Source: Neovahlkampfia damariscottae (lineage: Eukaryota). Taken from it: DNA of 64,000 bases. The notes under the pieces are model-generated. The model had not been told where the DNA came from. It worked only from the letters and a program-made list of their open reading frames with translations, and searched no databases. The stretch is taken from contig JABLTG010000014.1 of the NCBI GenBank assembly GCA_016618085.1, positions 62,001 to 126,000 of the forward strand. Reading direction: 5' to 3'. Position numbers and translations under genes: made by a program. Each line of letters opens with the position of its first letter. Positions within the stretch are counted from its first letter, which is position 1. Of this stretch, positions 1 to 11,552 are shown in pieces.

Positions 1-612
1 TTTTACAAATTTACAAATGTGGAATTAGATGATACTGATTTAAAAGGTTGTGCAAAACAATTTGTAGAATTAGCATCCATTGGAGTAAACAGTAACATAA
101 ATTTAAACTTTATTCAATAGAAACCAAATATTTACAAATTTAAAGCATTGGATATTGATAAAAATGAAATTGAAATGTCAAAATATAAAGGGAAAGTATT
201 GGTCGTAACTAATGTGGCTTGTAAATGAGGTTTGACTCCACAAAACTATAAAGAGTTTGTGGAGTTATATTCAAAATACAAATCAGAAGGATTTGAAGTC
301 TTGGCATTTCCAAGTAATTCATTCTTTCAAGAACCTGGTTCTAATGATGATATTAAACAATTTGTTGCATCATTTGGAGTTAAATTTTCAATGTTTGATA
401 AAGTTGATGTAAATGGAAAGAATACTCATCCAATGTTCGAATTTTTAAAAAGGGAACTTCCAGATTCACTTTTAGGTCTTAAAACTGAAGCAATCAAATG
501 GAATTTTACCAAATTTTTAATTAACAAAAATGGTGTTCCTGTTAAAAGATTTGGACCAAAAGAATCACCTTTTTCTTTTGAACAAGACATTGTTGAAGAA
601 TTGAAAAAATAA
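1..612 (+). CDS. GPX: Glutathione peroxidase, selenoprotein (Sec codon TGA 226-228); 5' end lies outside the window; intron 85-120
   Basis: The frame upstream of the listed ORF reads KPNIYKFKALDIDKNEIEMSKYKGKVLVVTNVACK-TGA-GLTPQNY. It also has LAFPSNSFFQEPG and IKWNFTKFLI motifs and a SECIS-like hairpin just after the stop. Confidence 0.93.
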
Positions 613-623
613 AAAATGAAGAA

Positions 624-700
624 TTTCAATTTCTATTGAATGAAGATATTTCAAGAAACAATAAAACTATTGTTTGAAATTATTTGAAAAATGATTGAAA
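624..700 (+). promoter_or_regulatory. SECIS element (type II) in the GPx 3' UTR
   Basis: Helix I TTTCAAT(624-630)/ATTGAAA(694-700); core ATGAA(640-644)/TGAA(685-688); helix II 645-655 with 673-684; unpaired AAA 656-658; ministem CAATA/TATTG. Confidence 0.88.
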
Positions 701-727
701 ATAAATAATTTGATATTTTTTTTACCT

Positions 728-1450
728 TCAACAAATGCATTTATTTGATTCTTCATCAGATTCACTTTCATCTGTTTCAATTTCTTCTTCTTCTTCTCCT
801 TCATCAATTTGGTCTTCATTTTGATTATCTTCTGCGTTTTGAGTATTCCCTTCCATTCTTTTTTTCACTTTTTTGATTATTAAAATGATCAATTTCAATA
901 AAAACTTAAAGAATGATTGTAAAAGTAAAATGAAAAATAAAATTAATAAAAGACAAGCAGAAGGATCATGAATTATCATAATGAAAGGGTTTTCGTCTGG
1001 TGATAGATATATCCTTTTTGAAATCATCAAAAATCAAAGCAAATTCAAACCATTCATTTTGATAACAAATTTTTGAATCTTTTATGTCTTTCATTCCATT
1101 TAAACAAGGTAAACAACGGTGTTGATAGCAATGCAAAGGGCCACAAAACGAAATTGGATTCGAGTCCTCCGAAGATGGTTCATATGGACAAGCAGAAAAA
1201 AAGAGAGGGTGGTTTTTAATTTCTGAACAAGTGGCATTATCTGTACAATATTCATTAATCTTACAAGTCAAATTTAAATCGAAGTCACCAGTCGTTCCAG
1301 GTTTGCAATCACCGCACTTTTTTCGTAATTTTGAGTTTTTGGTACCTTTGGTTGATTTGGATCTGAATCCACATAATATAAAATTTGATTTGGACACTCT
1401 AAACTGTAGCATAAATTCAAAACGAAAAAAATGAAAAAAATTGACGACAT
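728..1450 (-). CDS. Cys-rich single-pass membrane protein with signal peptide and acidic tail (2 introns)
   Basis: ATG 1450 gives MSSIFFIFFVLNLCYS..., joined through two GT..AAG mini-introns to the Cys-rich ORF and then to the hydrophobic helix plus E/D-rich tail ORF. Confidence 0.7.
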
Positions 1451-1485
1451 GGTTTTTTGTATTCTTGATTTTTTTGTCTGATTTT

Positions 1486-1490
1486 ATTGG
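1486..1490. promoter_or_regulatory. CCAAT box in a 72-bp divergent promoter (representative of many)
   Basis: ATTGG lies midway between ATG 1450 (-) and ATG 1523 (+). The same motif precedes nearly every gene in the window. Confidence 0.65.
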
Positions 1491-1522
1491 TCGACTGTTG
1501 CACTTTTTTTTTTGAAGAAAAG

Positions 1523-2227
1523 ATGAACAAACCAACAATAAAATCTCACAAACAAGAAGGAGTTTTTATTATCAAGAATAATACGAATGATTACTTGGCT
1601 ACTTTGAATATTTCTCCTGGTTCTTCAGTTTATGGAGAAAAATTATTCTCCTTTGAAGATGTTGAATACCGAACATGGAATCCTTTTCGTTCTAAAATAG
1701 CAGCATCTATTTTAGGTGGGATTGAAAAAATTTCAATCAAACCTGGTTCAAAAGTGCTATATTTAGGTGCTGCTTCTGGAACAACAGTTTCTCATTGTTC
1801 CGATATTGTTGGTGCTGAAGGAACAATTTATGCTGTAGAATTTTCTCAAACAAAATTTCAAAACTTACAAGAATTGTCAAAAACAAGAACAAATATTGTT
1901 CCAATTCACAGTGATGCTCGAAAACCTAAGAATTATGGAAGTTTAAATGAATTGGTTGACGTTATTTGTATTGATGTTGATCAACCTGATCAAGAAAGAA
2001 TACTTGCATTGAATGCTCAACATTTTCTTAAAAAAGGAGGCTCTTTCTTGATTTTTGTAAATGCGCCAGTTATTGATTCAACTGTAAAACCACCTGTCGT
2101 ATTTGCACAAGAAGTACAGAAATTGAGAAATGATGAATTTAAACCTTGTGAACAATTGACTTTGGAACCTTTTGAAAAAGATCATTGTGTTATTATTGGT
2201 TCATATGAACCAAAGATTGGGAAATAA
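1523..2227 (+). CDS. FBL: Fibrillarin-like rRNA 2'-O-methyltransferase, divergent, no GAR domain
   Basis: SVYGEK, EYRTWNPFRSKIAA, KVLYLGAASGTTVSHCSD, EQLTLEPFEKDH motifs. Confidence 0.9.
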   Translation: MNKPTIKSHKQEGVFIIKNNTNDYLATLNISPGSSVYGEKLFSFEDVEYRTWNPFRSKIAASILGGIEKISIKPGSKVLYLGAASGTTVSHCSDIVGAEGTIYAVEFSQTKFQNLQELSKTRTNIVPIHSDARKPKNYGSLNELVDVICIDVDQPDQERILALNAQHFLKKGGSFLIFVNAPVIDSTVKPPVVFAQEVQKLRNDEFKPCEQLTLEPFEKDHCVIIGSYEPKIGK

Positions 2228-2418
2228 TTTAAAGAATTTTGAATCAGTTCACAATAAAATATTTATTTATTGCAATAAGAAAAAGATGCTGAAATAAATT
2301 TGTATGATTCCAATGCAACAAAAAAAATTGAAGTTGTAAACGATAACAGTAGTTGTAAATGGAGAATGTTTCACACTTTTTTTAATGGTATATTGATTTG
2401 ATTGGTTATTGGACAAAC

Positions 2419-3526
2419 ATGAAAAATGACGCAACTGAAAATATTCCTCCAGCTCCATCGTTAAAGTGAAACAAAAATTCAAAAATGAAGAAAATTTGGA
2501 AGATATCAAAGCCAAATTAAAACCAACAGTCACCATAGTAAAAACCAGAGCACAAATGTTCAAAGATGCCGAAGAAAACCTTATAAAAGAATTAGAAACC
2601 ATAAAGCAAATCCAATAAAAATGATTAAAATCAACTACAATAATAAAAAAGAAACTGAATTTACAATAATGACTCATAACATTTTGGCTGACCGATATAC
2701 AAGTTTCAAAACCTTTCCAAAAGTGAACAAAACACACTTGCTCTATTCATTTAGAAAACATTCTATACTCAGAGAATTAAAAACTCACCAGATGTCATTT
2801 GTCTTCAAGAATTAGAAAATGATGCTTATGACGAATTCTATTCAAAAGAATTAACTGAACTATACAATAGTGAATATAGTATCAGGTTTTCAATGAGGCC
2901 ATGGGAAGACTCAACCACAAATTCAAAATGGGAAGGTGTTGGAATTTTTTTCAAAAAAAGAGAAATTTGAGTTGGTGGAAAAACATGTATTTTATTTTAA
3001 TTTGCTTGCTGGTAAACAAATTCTAGAAGGAAAATTAGAAAAAAAAGATGTTTTGACACATTGTCTGATGAGTCACAATGTCGCTTTTTGTTTAGTTTTG
3101 AAATCTCGAATAGATTCAAAAATAGTTGTTGTTTCAACAGTTCACGCAAATTGGAACCATAAAAAGGTTGAAGCTCAACTTTGGCAAAATAAAACTTACT
3201 ATGAACAAGTTCAAAATGTTGTTGAAAATTTAAAACAACATTGTTCAATTATAATGGCTGGTGATTTCAATTCTACTCCAAATTCAAAAGTATATCAATT
3301 TTTCAGTGAAAATTTAACAAGTGCTTATACAAATTATCCAAACAAAAAAGAAGCTCCTGTAACTTGTCATGGTGATTTTTGTGCTGGATTATATTTGGCA
3401 TTCTGAATCTTTGAAAGTACTGGATATACTAGACATACCTCAAGAACTTAGAAAAGAAGATGCTTTACCTTCTTCAAACTACCCATCTGATCACGTTAGT
3501 TTGATGGCAAAATTTTCCATCCAATA
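2419..3526 (+). pseudogene. CCR4/nocturnin/Angel-family EEP phosphoesterase with multiple frameshifts
   Basis: Motifs MTHNILAD, PDVICLQE, IMAGDFNS, LDYIW and YPSDH are all present but lie in different frames (shifts near 2783, 2955 and 3383, and probably more upstream), with no intron signals. Confidence 0.75.
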
Positions 3527-3686
3527 ATTTATCTCAACTTTTATTGGTCATTCATCTTACATGTTTATAAATATTAATTTTTCATCATTTTCTCTTATAA
3601 TAATCATTTTTTTTTTTCAATTAATTTTTCGACCAATCATTGTGAGTTTGTCCTTCCGATTTTTTTTGAACTGGAGTTTGAGCAAA

Positions 3687-4801
3687 ATGACCAAGCATGT
3701 GCAACATTTGATAAATTTTCGGTTTTATTTTGATCCAAACATAACTCAAAAAGAGATAAAACATTTAACGTCACAAATATCCAAACATCAAGGATCTGTC
3801 TCAAATAGCTCCAGTTCTTCTTCAGTTACACATTTTATAGTTGTTAGTGAGGCCAAAAAAAAACAAAAAGGAACAACTGCATCTAAAGAAAAAAAGATTT
3901 TGCATTCAAAACACTTAATTGAGCTTGGGTTAAGTCGAGGACTAACAGTGTTCACAGTTGAAGAATTAGAATCTGTCTTTGAAGAATGTAGTTATTGCAA
4001 AGAAGAAAAATACAACCAAATAAAATCACAACTCATTTTAGAAAAAAAAACAGGAAAAATGATAAAGTTGCCATTCCTTTTAATTTCAGATGTCTCAGAA
4101 ATGTATAATCCACTTATGAAAGTTTATAAAGGAGTTTCAGAAATACCAAAGATAAATTTTGAAGCACCTTTAGGTTATTGTGCTATACAGTCAACTCATA
4201 ATAATTCAACGAAAAATGAGTATCGGTATTGTGAATGTTGTAAAGATAAATTTTTGGACCAAACGAAAGTAACAAAAAGAAAAATGTTTAAAGTATTATT
4301 TAGCATTTTTACAGTAAAAAACATCTCTCTTTTGCTCAACAACAAGAAAATTATAAAGAAATTGACATGTTCATGAAATATTTTAATGAAAAAGAAGAAG
4401 AAAAAGAAAAAAAAAAAATAGCAGAGGAAAATGCGATGGAATTAGAATTATATCTGTCACAACAATCTCCTTTAGAATTGTCTCAAAATGATATACAAGA
4501 AAAACAAGTTGATTTAAAAAAATTGAAAAGAGAACCTCACGTATTGGTTGATCCAAAATTTAAAGAAGAATGCTATGAAGACAATTCCGAGATTTATAAA
4601 GAGATTGAAGAAGAAATTGAAGAAGTTGTCAAAGAAAATAAACAAAAAAAGAAATTAACACAAACAAAATTAGTTTATGACGAAGAAGGTCATAAATTGA
4701 AATACAAAAATGATAAAAGAAAAATACATCCATCATCACCATGTCCAATACGCTCAAGAAAAAAGAAAAAAAAAGTAACAATAATACAGATTGATCAATA
4801 A
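3687..4801 (+). CDS. DBF4: Dbf4 (Cdc7 kinase regulatory subunit): BRCT-like motif N, motif M, DBF zinc finger; intron 4269-4303
   Basis: FYFD...VTHFIV (motif N) and LPFLLISDVSEMYNPLMKVY..PKINF (motif M). The spliced zinc finger reads YCECCKDKFLDQTK|HFYSKKHLSFAQQQENYKEID. Confidence 0.8.
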
Positions 4802-4802
4802 A

Positions 4803-5054
4803 AATATTTATCTTCCAAAAACGTGGTGCATTTTTCTTGATAGTTTTGAATTGTTCTTGAATATGTTTAATGTGATATCCAAGACAGATTTCCCACATGC
4901 ATATTAAAAAGTTGATACTACAAAAAAAGAATAAACCAGCATGCTTGAGCAATGACAATGATCCATATTTGTAATAATGTATTCCAAACAGTACGCTGTT
5001 CGTTATCAGTACATTAATAATCAAAACATGAATGACTCTCAATGATGGTTATGG
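4803..5054 (-). pseudogene. Probable remnant of a membrane-protein gene
   Basis: Hydrophobic, coding-like ORF that has no ATG. It begins ACG CCA TAA CCA TCA TTG and runs into the 3' end of DBF4. Confidence 0.35.
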
Positions 5055-5219
5055 CGTTTTTTTCTACCTTCGATGATTGGTCAATGAAATCGGATAAATA
5101 AAACTGAATAAAATTTATATTTTAAAAAAAAACACCAAAAATAAAGGTTTGAAGAAACAGCAAGTCAACCAATAACAGTCCACTGGAAAGATATTTTGTT
5201 TCAATCCCACTGTATAATC

Positions 5220-8070
5220 ATGATGACCAATCCTTTTCTCCTCTTGACTTTTGTTTTGATAACTATTGCAAAACATATTCATTTACAAAATGGAGAGGTG
5301 ATCGACACTTCTTTTGGTGGCTCTGTTTTGAATTCAGTTAATTTTTTTGAAGCCTCTCAACAAAAAAATGTTCTTTTTTCGCATAAAAATGATTTTTTAC
5401 AGTTATTTATTCAAGTTGATTTTGAAATAAAAGATATTATTTCAAAAACTGAAAAATATTATGACATCAAGATTCACACAAAAAATTATGTGGCACATGA
5501 TGGTTTTTTGATTTATCTTTCAAGGAAAAATGCAAAGAAAATGATAGAAAATTGGAATAATGGAAATAAAAAATATATTAAATGGATTGGAAAAGTCAAT
5601 AGTGAACACAAAACTCCAAGAACAACTTTTCAACAAAAAAAAAGAAATTCAAAACAAGTGTATCATATTTATTTCAAATCAAAATGTGAATATAGTTGTT
5701 TGGATGAAGTAACACAATGGAGTTCTCAGAACAAAGCCAAATTTACACAAACTACTTTGACAAGTGGAAGATTAGAATTTTCAGTAGGGAACGATGAAGC
5801 TTTAAAAGAATTGTTAAATCAAGAAATAATTGAATGGATCGAAGAAGAACCACACTATGAAGTATTCAATTATTCTGCAAATTCAGTCTTGCAACACGGA
5901 TATAATGGAGTTCCTGAGGAAAATAAAAAAGAAATTTGGGAGAAAGGAATCACTGGTAAAGGTCAAGTTGTAACAATTCTTGACACTGGTGCTGATTATA
6001 CTTCCTGCTTTTTTCATGAAATAAATAAACAACCTCCTCCTGAAGACAGTTGTGATAGTTCAAGAACAAAAGTTATAGGTTTTTACCGTCATATGATTTC
6101 AGAACTAAATAGAAAAACGATTCTTGGTGATCATATTGGTGGTCATGGTTCTCATGTTTCAGGTTCAGTTGGTGGGAAAATTTTAGGAGCTGCTTCAGAA
6201 CATTTAAAATCATATCAAGGAGCTGCACCAGATGCACAATTAGTAATAATGAGTGCAGGTGATTCTGAATATAAAAGATCAATATTTACTCCATCAGTCT
6301 TTTCTGATATGTTTAGACCACAAAAACAATGTAATTCAACTATATTTACAAACTCTTGGGGTTCTACTTCCACTGCTTACAATGCTCAAACGAGGAATTT
6401 TGATCAACACCTGTACTTAAATGATGATTTATTAGTTTTATTCGCTGCAGGAAATTCTGGACCTACTTCAAAAACAGTTGGAACTCCTGCAGTTGGAAAA
6501 AATGTTCTCACCATTGGTTCATCCCAAACAACACCATTAGGAAGATTCAATAGTTCATCTTATTTTGATTTCCCATCTTTGACAAAACTAGTTGTTGATG
6601 CAGGTTATTTAAAAGAAGGACAAGATTGTTGTGCTTCTACGAATTCAGCTGTTCGAGGAATCTGCTGTCAAACAACTATTGCACAAACTGCAAGTTCATA
6701 TACACCAGAAATTGTTTCTTCATTTTCTTCCAGAGGTCCTACTATGGATGGGAGGATCAAACCTGATGTTTTGAATGTGTAAGTTTTACTTGATGAATTC
6801 TCACCGATTTTAGAGGAGATACTATTCAATCTGTACACTCTGATGGTAATTTATCAACATTTCAGTGTGGTGATATGCCGCCAGATTCAGCAAATAATTT
6901 GGCTACTTTGAGAACAGATGCTGGGACAAGTATGGCCACTCCTTTATCTGCTGGTGGCAGTGCTTTGGTGAGACAATATTATATTGAAGGTTGGCACGTT
7001 AATGGTGTCAAAGATATTGCAAAGGGTATAATTCCATCTGGACCTTTATTAAAAGCTACAATGATTCACTCTGGAAATAGAAATAGTAAAGGACCAACAA
7101 ATAATCATGGATTTGGATCAATAACATTAAAAAACGTTCTAAGATTTCAAGGTGGAAACTTTGATTTGTTTATCAAAGATCGTCAAAAGATTTCCCATCA
7201 AATTTCTCAGTACCACGGATTCAGAGCTACAAAATCGGGATCATTCAAAGTGACATTGGCATGGTATGATCCTCCTGCCTCATTGACCTCAGGAATCATC
7301 CTTGTGAATGATTTGAATTTGGATGTTCTTATTAATGGTATTAGGCATCCAGGAAATGGAATATCTGATGATTACTTAAATACAGTTGAACAAGTTGCAG
7401 TTAATGTAACAACCAATGATGTGATTGATGTAATAGTTAGAGGGAATAAAGTTGTGACAAGCAATCAAACATACGCTTTGGTTATTACTGGAGATGGAAT
7501 TACTTCACAAGCAATAGTGAGGACCTGTCAAGGAAAATCTTATTCAGATCCAAATGTTTGCAACAAAAAAGGATATTGCAGCAAAACAGATACAGTATCA
7601 TATCAATATTATTAATAATTTTTCGAAAGTGTGTTTGTTATGGTGGTAACTTTGGAACTAACTGCAATGATTTTCAATGTTATGGTAAAAATAAAACCGA
7701 TTCAAATGCTTGTTCAAACAACGGAGATTGTACAGGAGCAAATAATTGCACATGTAACACTGGTTATCTTGGAAATGCATGTGACATTCCAACATGCTTT
7801 GGCATTCCATCAACAATATTAGGTGTTTGCTCTGGATACACATGCATTGGATTGAATAAATGTGATTGTTCCAAGGATCCTCTTGCTGATTTCTTAAATC
7901 CAGATTGTTCACAAAATGCTTTTCTCTCTGCAGTTATCCAACTGGTGTTTTTTGGTTTTATTGGTTTTATTGGTATTTGCTTTTTTGCATGTATTTGTTG
8001 CCCAATTGTCACAATCGTTGCACTTTCAATGGGTGGATTTGGCACAATAAAAATGTTGATCAACACATAA
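5220..8070 (+). CDS. Membrane-anchored subtilisin (S8, Kp43/TagC-like) with EGF-like repeats and C-terminal TM (2 introns)
   Basis: Catalytic triad motifs LDTG, HGSHVSG, GTSMATP; FAAGNSG; Cys-rich EGF repeats; hydrophobic C-terminus. Confidence 0.9.
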
Positions 8071-8119
8071 ATTTTATTGATTGTTTTTATTGGTCCATCT
8101 CATTACCGCCAAAATTTTT

Positions 8120-9859
8120 ATGTCGAACACAGTGGAGGTTCAAGCTTTTTTTAACGCCATTTATGATAATGATGCGAAGCTAGTTAGTAAATATATTCTA
8201 AAAGGAATCAAAATCGAACAAATTTATGAAAAGAAACATTCTTTTTCTCCTTTAGGTTTTTTTTTTTTTTTTTAACTTTTTTGTCTTGCAGTGTGGGCAA
8301 CTTTTTTACAAAGAGAAGAAATTGTAATTTTACTTTTAAAAAAAGGAGCTGATCCAAAAACAAAAGATAAAAGTGGAAAAAATGCCTACGATGTGGCAAA
8401 AGCAAAAAAATTTTCAAAACTTTTAAAACTTTTTGAAAAAGTTCAAGACCAAAATAAATCTCAAAATGTGCAAATTATGGATTCTAAAGTCAGTATTGAA
8501 TCAAAAACCACCAAAATTACGAAAACACCAACAAAAACAACTCAAAAAATCATCCTTTCAACATCAACACGAACTACTCAACCAAAATTGAATACAATTA
8601 AATCACCATCAAAGTCAATATCTCAAACTAAATGTGTAGAATCACAAAAATCAATTCCTACATCAAGTCAATCAATGATTTTTCGTAATTCCTATCACAA
8701 TTTAAATGAAGATTTAACGAAATATTCATCATATGACTTATTAAAAGATAGAAATGGAGAGTTACAAAAAAATGAAGAGATATTAAAACATGATCATATT
8801 GTCCTCAAAAAACAGTAATTATTTAAATTTCAACTCATATTGTTCATAGATTGGAAGCATTAAAATTAAAAGAAGATGAAAGAAGAAAAGAAAATCTTCT
8901 TCTCAAAAATAAAATTACTGATTTAAAAGAACAATTAGATAAAAAAGAAGCTGAATGTATGAAATTAAAATCAAAATCTTTTCATGGATCAACATTAGAC
9001 ATCATTGCAACAGTTCCAAAAAAAGATCAAATTAAGATTCAAAATCAAATTTTACAAATTAAATGTCAAGAACAGTATGATATTTCAAATTGAATTTAAC
9101 ATTTATTAGATCAGATGTCATCGAATTATTCTCAAATCAATACATGGTTGATATGATTGTCGAAGAAAAAGATCAATCAAAATTGAATTTATGTTATCAA
9201 TATCAAATACCTTTACATGGTTTAAACTTTATTGATTTTGAAAATAAAATGGAAATAATGAAAGAATTAGGTGGAATTTTGTCAACTAGACAGTTGTATG
9301 AAAAGTTGAAGAATGAAAAATTTTTGAATCAAATTGAGATTGGTAGATTGATAAATACCATTGAAAAAGTATTTGAATTATGGAAATTAGGTTTATTAGA
9401 TGATGAAAATGCTTCCATCTTAGATGATGAAGCAATTGAATGTTCCATTGATAATCATTCTTTCGCTCAAATTTGTAAGTTAAATTTTGTGTTAAAATGT
9501 CTTCAGATCATGGTCAAATTATTGAAAAATCAATTACTTTATATAAATCAAAAGAATTACCAGTACTATTAAACAAACAAGTTGTGTCTGAAAGAATGAA
9601 AATATTGAATGAAAACCCAGAAATGGATGATGAAAAATTATTGAACCTTCCAAAAGAGATTATAACTTCAATTATTGAAAAATGGATGTCAGGTGAATTA
9701 TCATTTCATTTAGATATCAGTTCAATTCTATTTTTAATGAAAGCAGAAAAGAAAGAATTTTTGAAGTCTTTAAAAAATAATGAAATGGAATTTGAAAAAG
9801 TGCTTCCAGGTTTGTTTGGAGAACAATTAAAATTGAAAAACTTGTTGTCTCAAAATTAA
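8120..9859 (+). CDS. Ankyrin-repeat / coiled-coil protein (4 introns)
   Basis: SPL|VWAT..IVILLLKKGADPKTKDKSGKNAYDVA ankyrin repeat; five ORFs joined by GT-AG mini-introns. Confidence 0.75.
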
Positions 9860-9875
9860 AAAATTTGTTCCGTTT

Positions 9876-10052
9876 TTATTTTGATTTCTTTTTTTCTTTG
9901 CCTTCTTGTGTGATTTGTTCAAAAGATTTTCTTCCTTTTTGTTTTGGTCCTAATAAAAATAGTACAACGAACAATAACAAACACATGATCCAATAATACA
10001 TGCTAACACCATATAAGATGTTTGAAATTGTTTCTTTCACACCCTCCAACAT
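9876..10052 (-). CDS. Small single-pass membrane protein (58 aa)
   Basis: ATG 10052, one hydrophobic helix, basic KKKSK tail; CCAAT box just upstream. Confidence 0.6.
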   Translation of the reverse strand: MLEGVKETISNILYGVSMYYWIMCLLLFVVLFLLGPKQKGRKSFEQITQEGKEKKKSK

Positions 10053-10218
10053 GTTTTCCGTTAAAAATGAAACAAACCAATCAAAAAAAATTTTCTTTTT
10101 CTTCTTTTCTCCTTGAATGGAAAAACGAAACAATTTCTAGAACAGAACAAAATGATTGATAAATCTAAGCTTCAAATTTGTCAAATTTTGGCCAATCATT
10201 TTTTAGTCAATCAATTTT

Positions 10219-11445
10219 ATGACAACTTTCTCAAAATTGACGCAAAATTTAAATGGTCCGGTTCTCAAATTAATAGCAAAGAATACGTTGAGAAATTTTT
10301 TAATAGGATGCTCAATTAATACTCTGCTACAAGTGTTTTCTCAAATACAAAAACTATTTGGAATGAAAAAATCAAAAAAAAAAGAAAATAGTTTTGACTT
10401 GAAGAAATTTTTGATTTCAATTTTACAAAGTGGATCATTTTTATCATCATGGACTTTATTAAATCAAATTTTAATCCGAATTTTTGAATCAGACCTTGAT
10501 AGACCAAAAGCAATCTCATTAATTGCATCTGGTACCATTTCCGGAGCAGTTTCAATGTATTTTGCTCAAGGTATTATTTTCAATATATTGATATATTTAG
10601 GGATATCTTGGCAAACATCACTTTATTTCTTGTATCGTTCACTCTTTGGTGTTTACAGAATTAAAAAAAATATTTTACCAACTTGGACAGAGATTCCAGA
10701 TTATTTAGCTTATTGCATAATCAATTTCTTTTTAGGTATAATAGGACAAAGATATATGCTATATGTTGATGATGGATATTCAGATTTTCTTGAATATTGT
10801 GCCAATATGCCAAAAAAGAATGTTGATTATTTTTTCAATCAAAACTCAAACATCCTTCCTTCTTGTTCACCAAATTATCATGTTGAAGAAAGTTGCTTGG
10901 AATGTGCTAAAAATAGAATCCCAGGTGTTTTTTCCAATAATTTGAAACTTCAATTGAGTGTTCAAATTTTTTCATATCTTGTTAAAGGTAATTTATTGAA
11001 TCCAAAATCCATTGAATCTTATTTGAAAATGTGGAAGAATTTATTGAAAGGAACATTTAAAACTACATTATTCTTATCACTTCAATGCGCGTTTTGTGGT
11101 CAATGTGGTTGCATTTTGAAGTCAATCACCAAAGACAAAAATTTATTCATTTTGGGGTTAATTTGGTTTGTTTCCTCATTTTCAATTTTATTTGAAAGTA
11201 GTTCAAGGAGATCAGAACTTACAGTTTTTACTGTTTGGAGAGTTACAACAAGTTTTATTAATTTATTGACCAATACAAAAGCAAAAGAAAAACATTCAGA
11301 AGAATTTAATATTTGGGCTTCAACAATCATTTTTGGAATTGCAAGTTGTTTTGCTGTTTATTGTATGTATAGAGATCCTTCAAAATTAAAATCATTGGAT
11401 CAAGGAATCTTGTCAACTTTATTTCCAAAAGAATTATTAAAATAA
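10219..11445 (+). CDS. TMEM135-like multi-pass membrane protein (probable stopless 30-nt intron 10571-10600)
   Basis: C...H...C segment (SCSPNYHVEESCLEC) and SILFESSSRRSEL motif typical of TMEM135; many TM helices. Confidence 0.7.
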   Translation: MTTFSKLTQNLNGPVLKLIAKNTLRNFLIGCSINTLLQVFSQIQKLFGMKKSKKKENSFDLKKFLISILQSGSFLSSWTLLNQILIRIFESDLDRPKAISLIASGTISGAVSMYFAQGIIFNILIYLGISWQTSLYFLYRSLFGVYRIKKNILPTWTEIPDYLAYCIINFFLGIIGQRYMLYVDDGYSDFLEYCANMPKKNVDYFFNQNSNILPSCSPNYHVEESCLECAKNRIPGVFSNNLKLQLSVQIFSYLVKGNLLNPKSIESYLKMWKNLLKGTFKTTLFLSLQCAFCGQCGCILKSITKDKNLFILGLIWFVSSFSILFESSSRRSELTVFTVWRVTTSFINLLTNTKAKEKHSEEFNIWASTIIFGIASCFAVYCMYRDPSKLKSLDQGILSTLFPKELLK

Positions 11446-11552
11446 TAATTTTTTTATATCCAAAGATTTGTTTCCATGTTCATTTTGAAATGCACAAAAA
11501 CGGAGTTGTTTCATTTTGATTGGACCACTCATATTTTTTTTTTGTACGTTTT

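Noticed and set aside
2267..2737. 156-aa minus-strand ORF and the many other short antisense ORFs in the track
   Set aside because: They are F/L/I-rich shadows of A-rich plus-strand coding or pseudogene sequence, with no motifs.
2600..2960. Euplotes-type programmed +1 frameshifting in the EEP gene
   Set aside because: The shifts are in different directions and not at a common AAA-stop motif, and no other gene in the window needs one.
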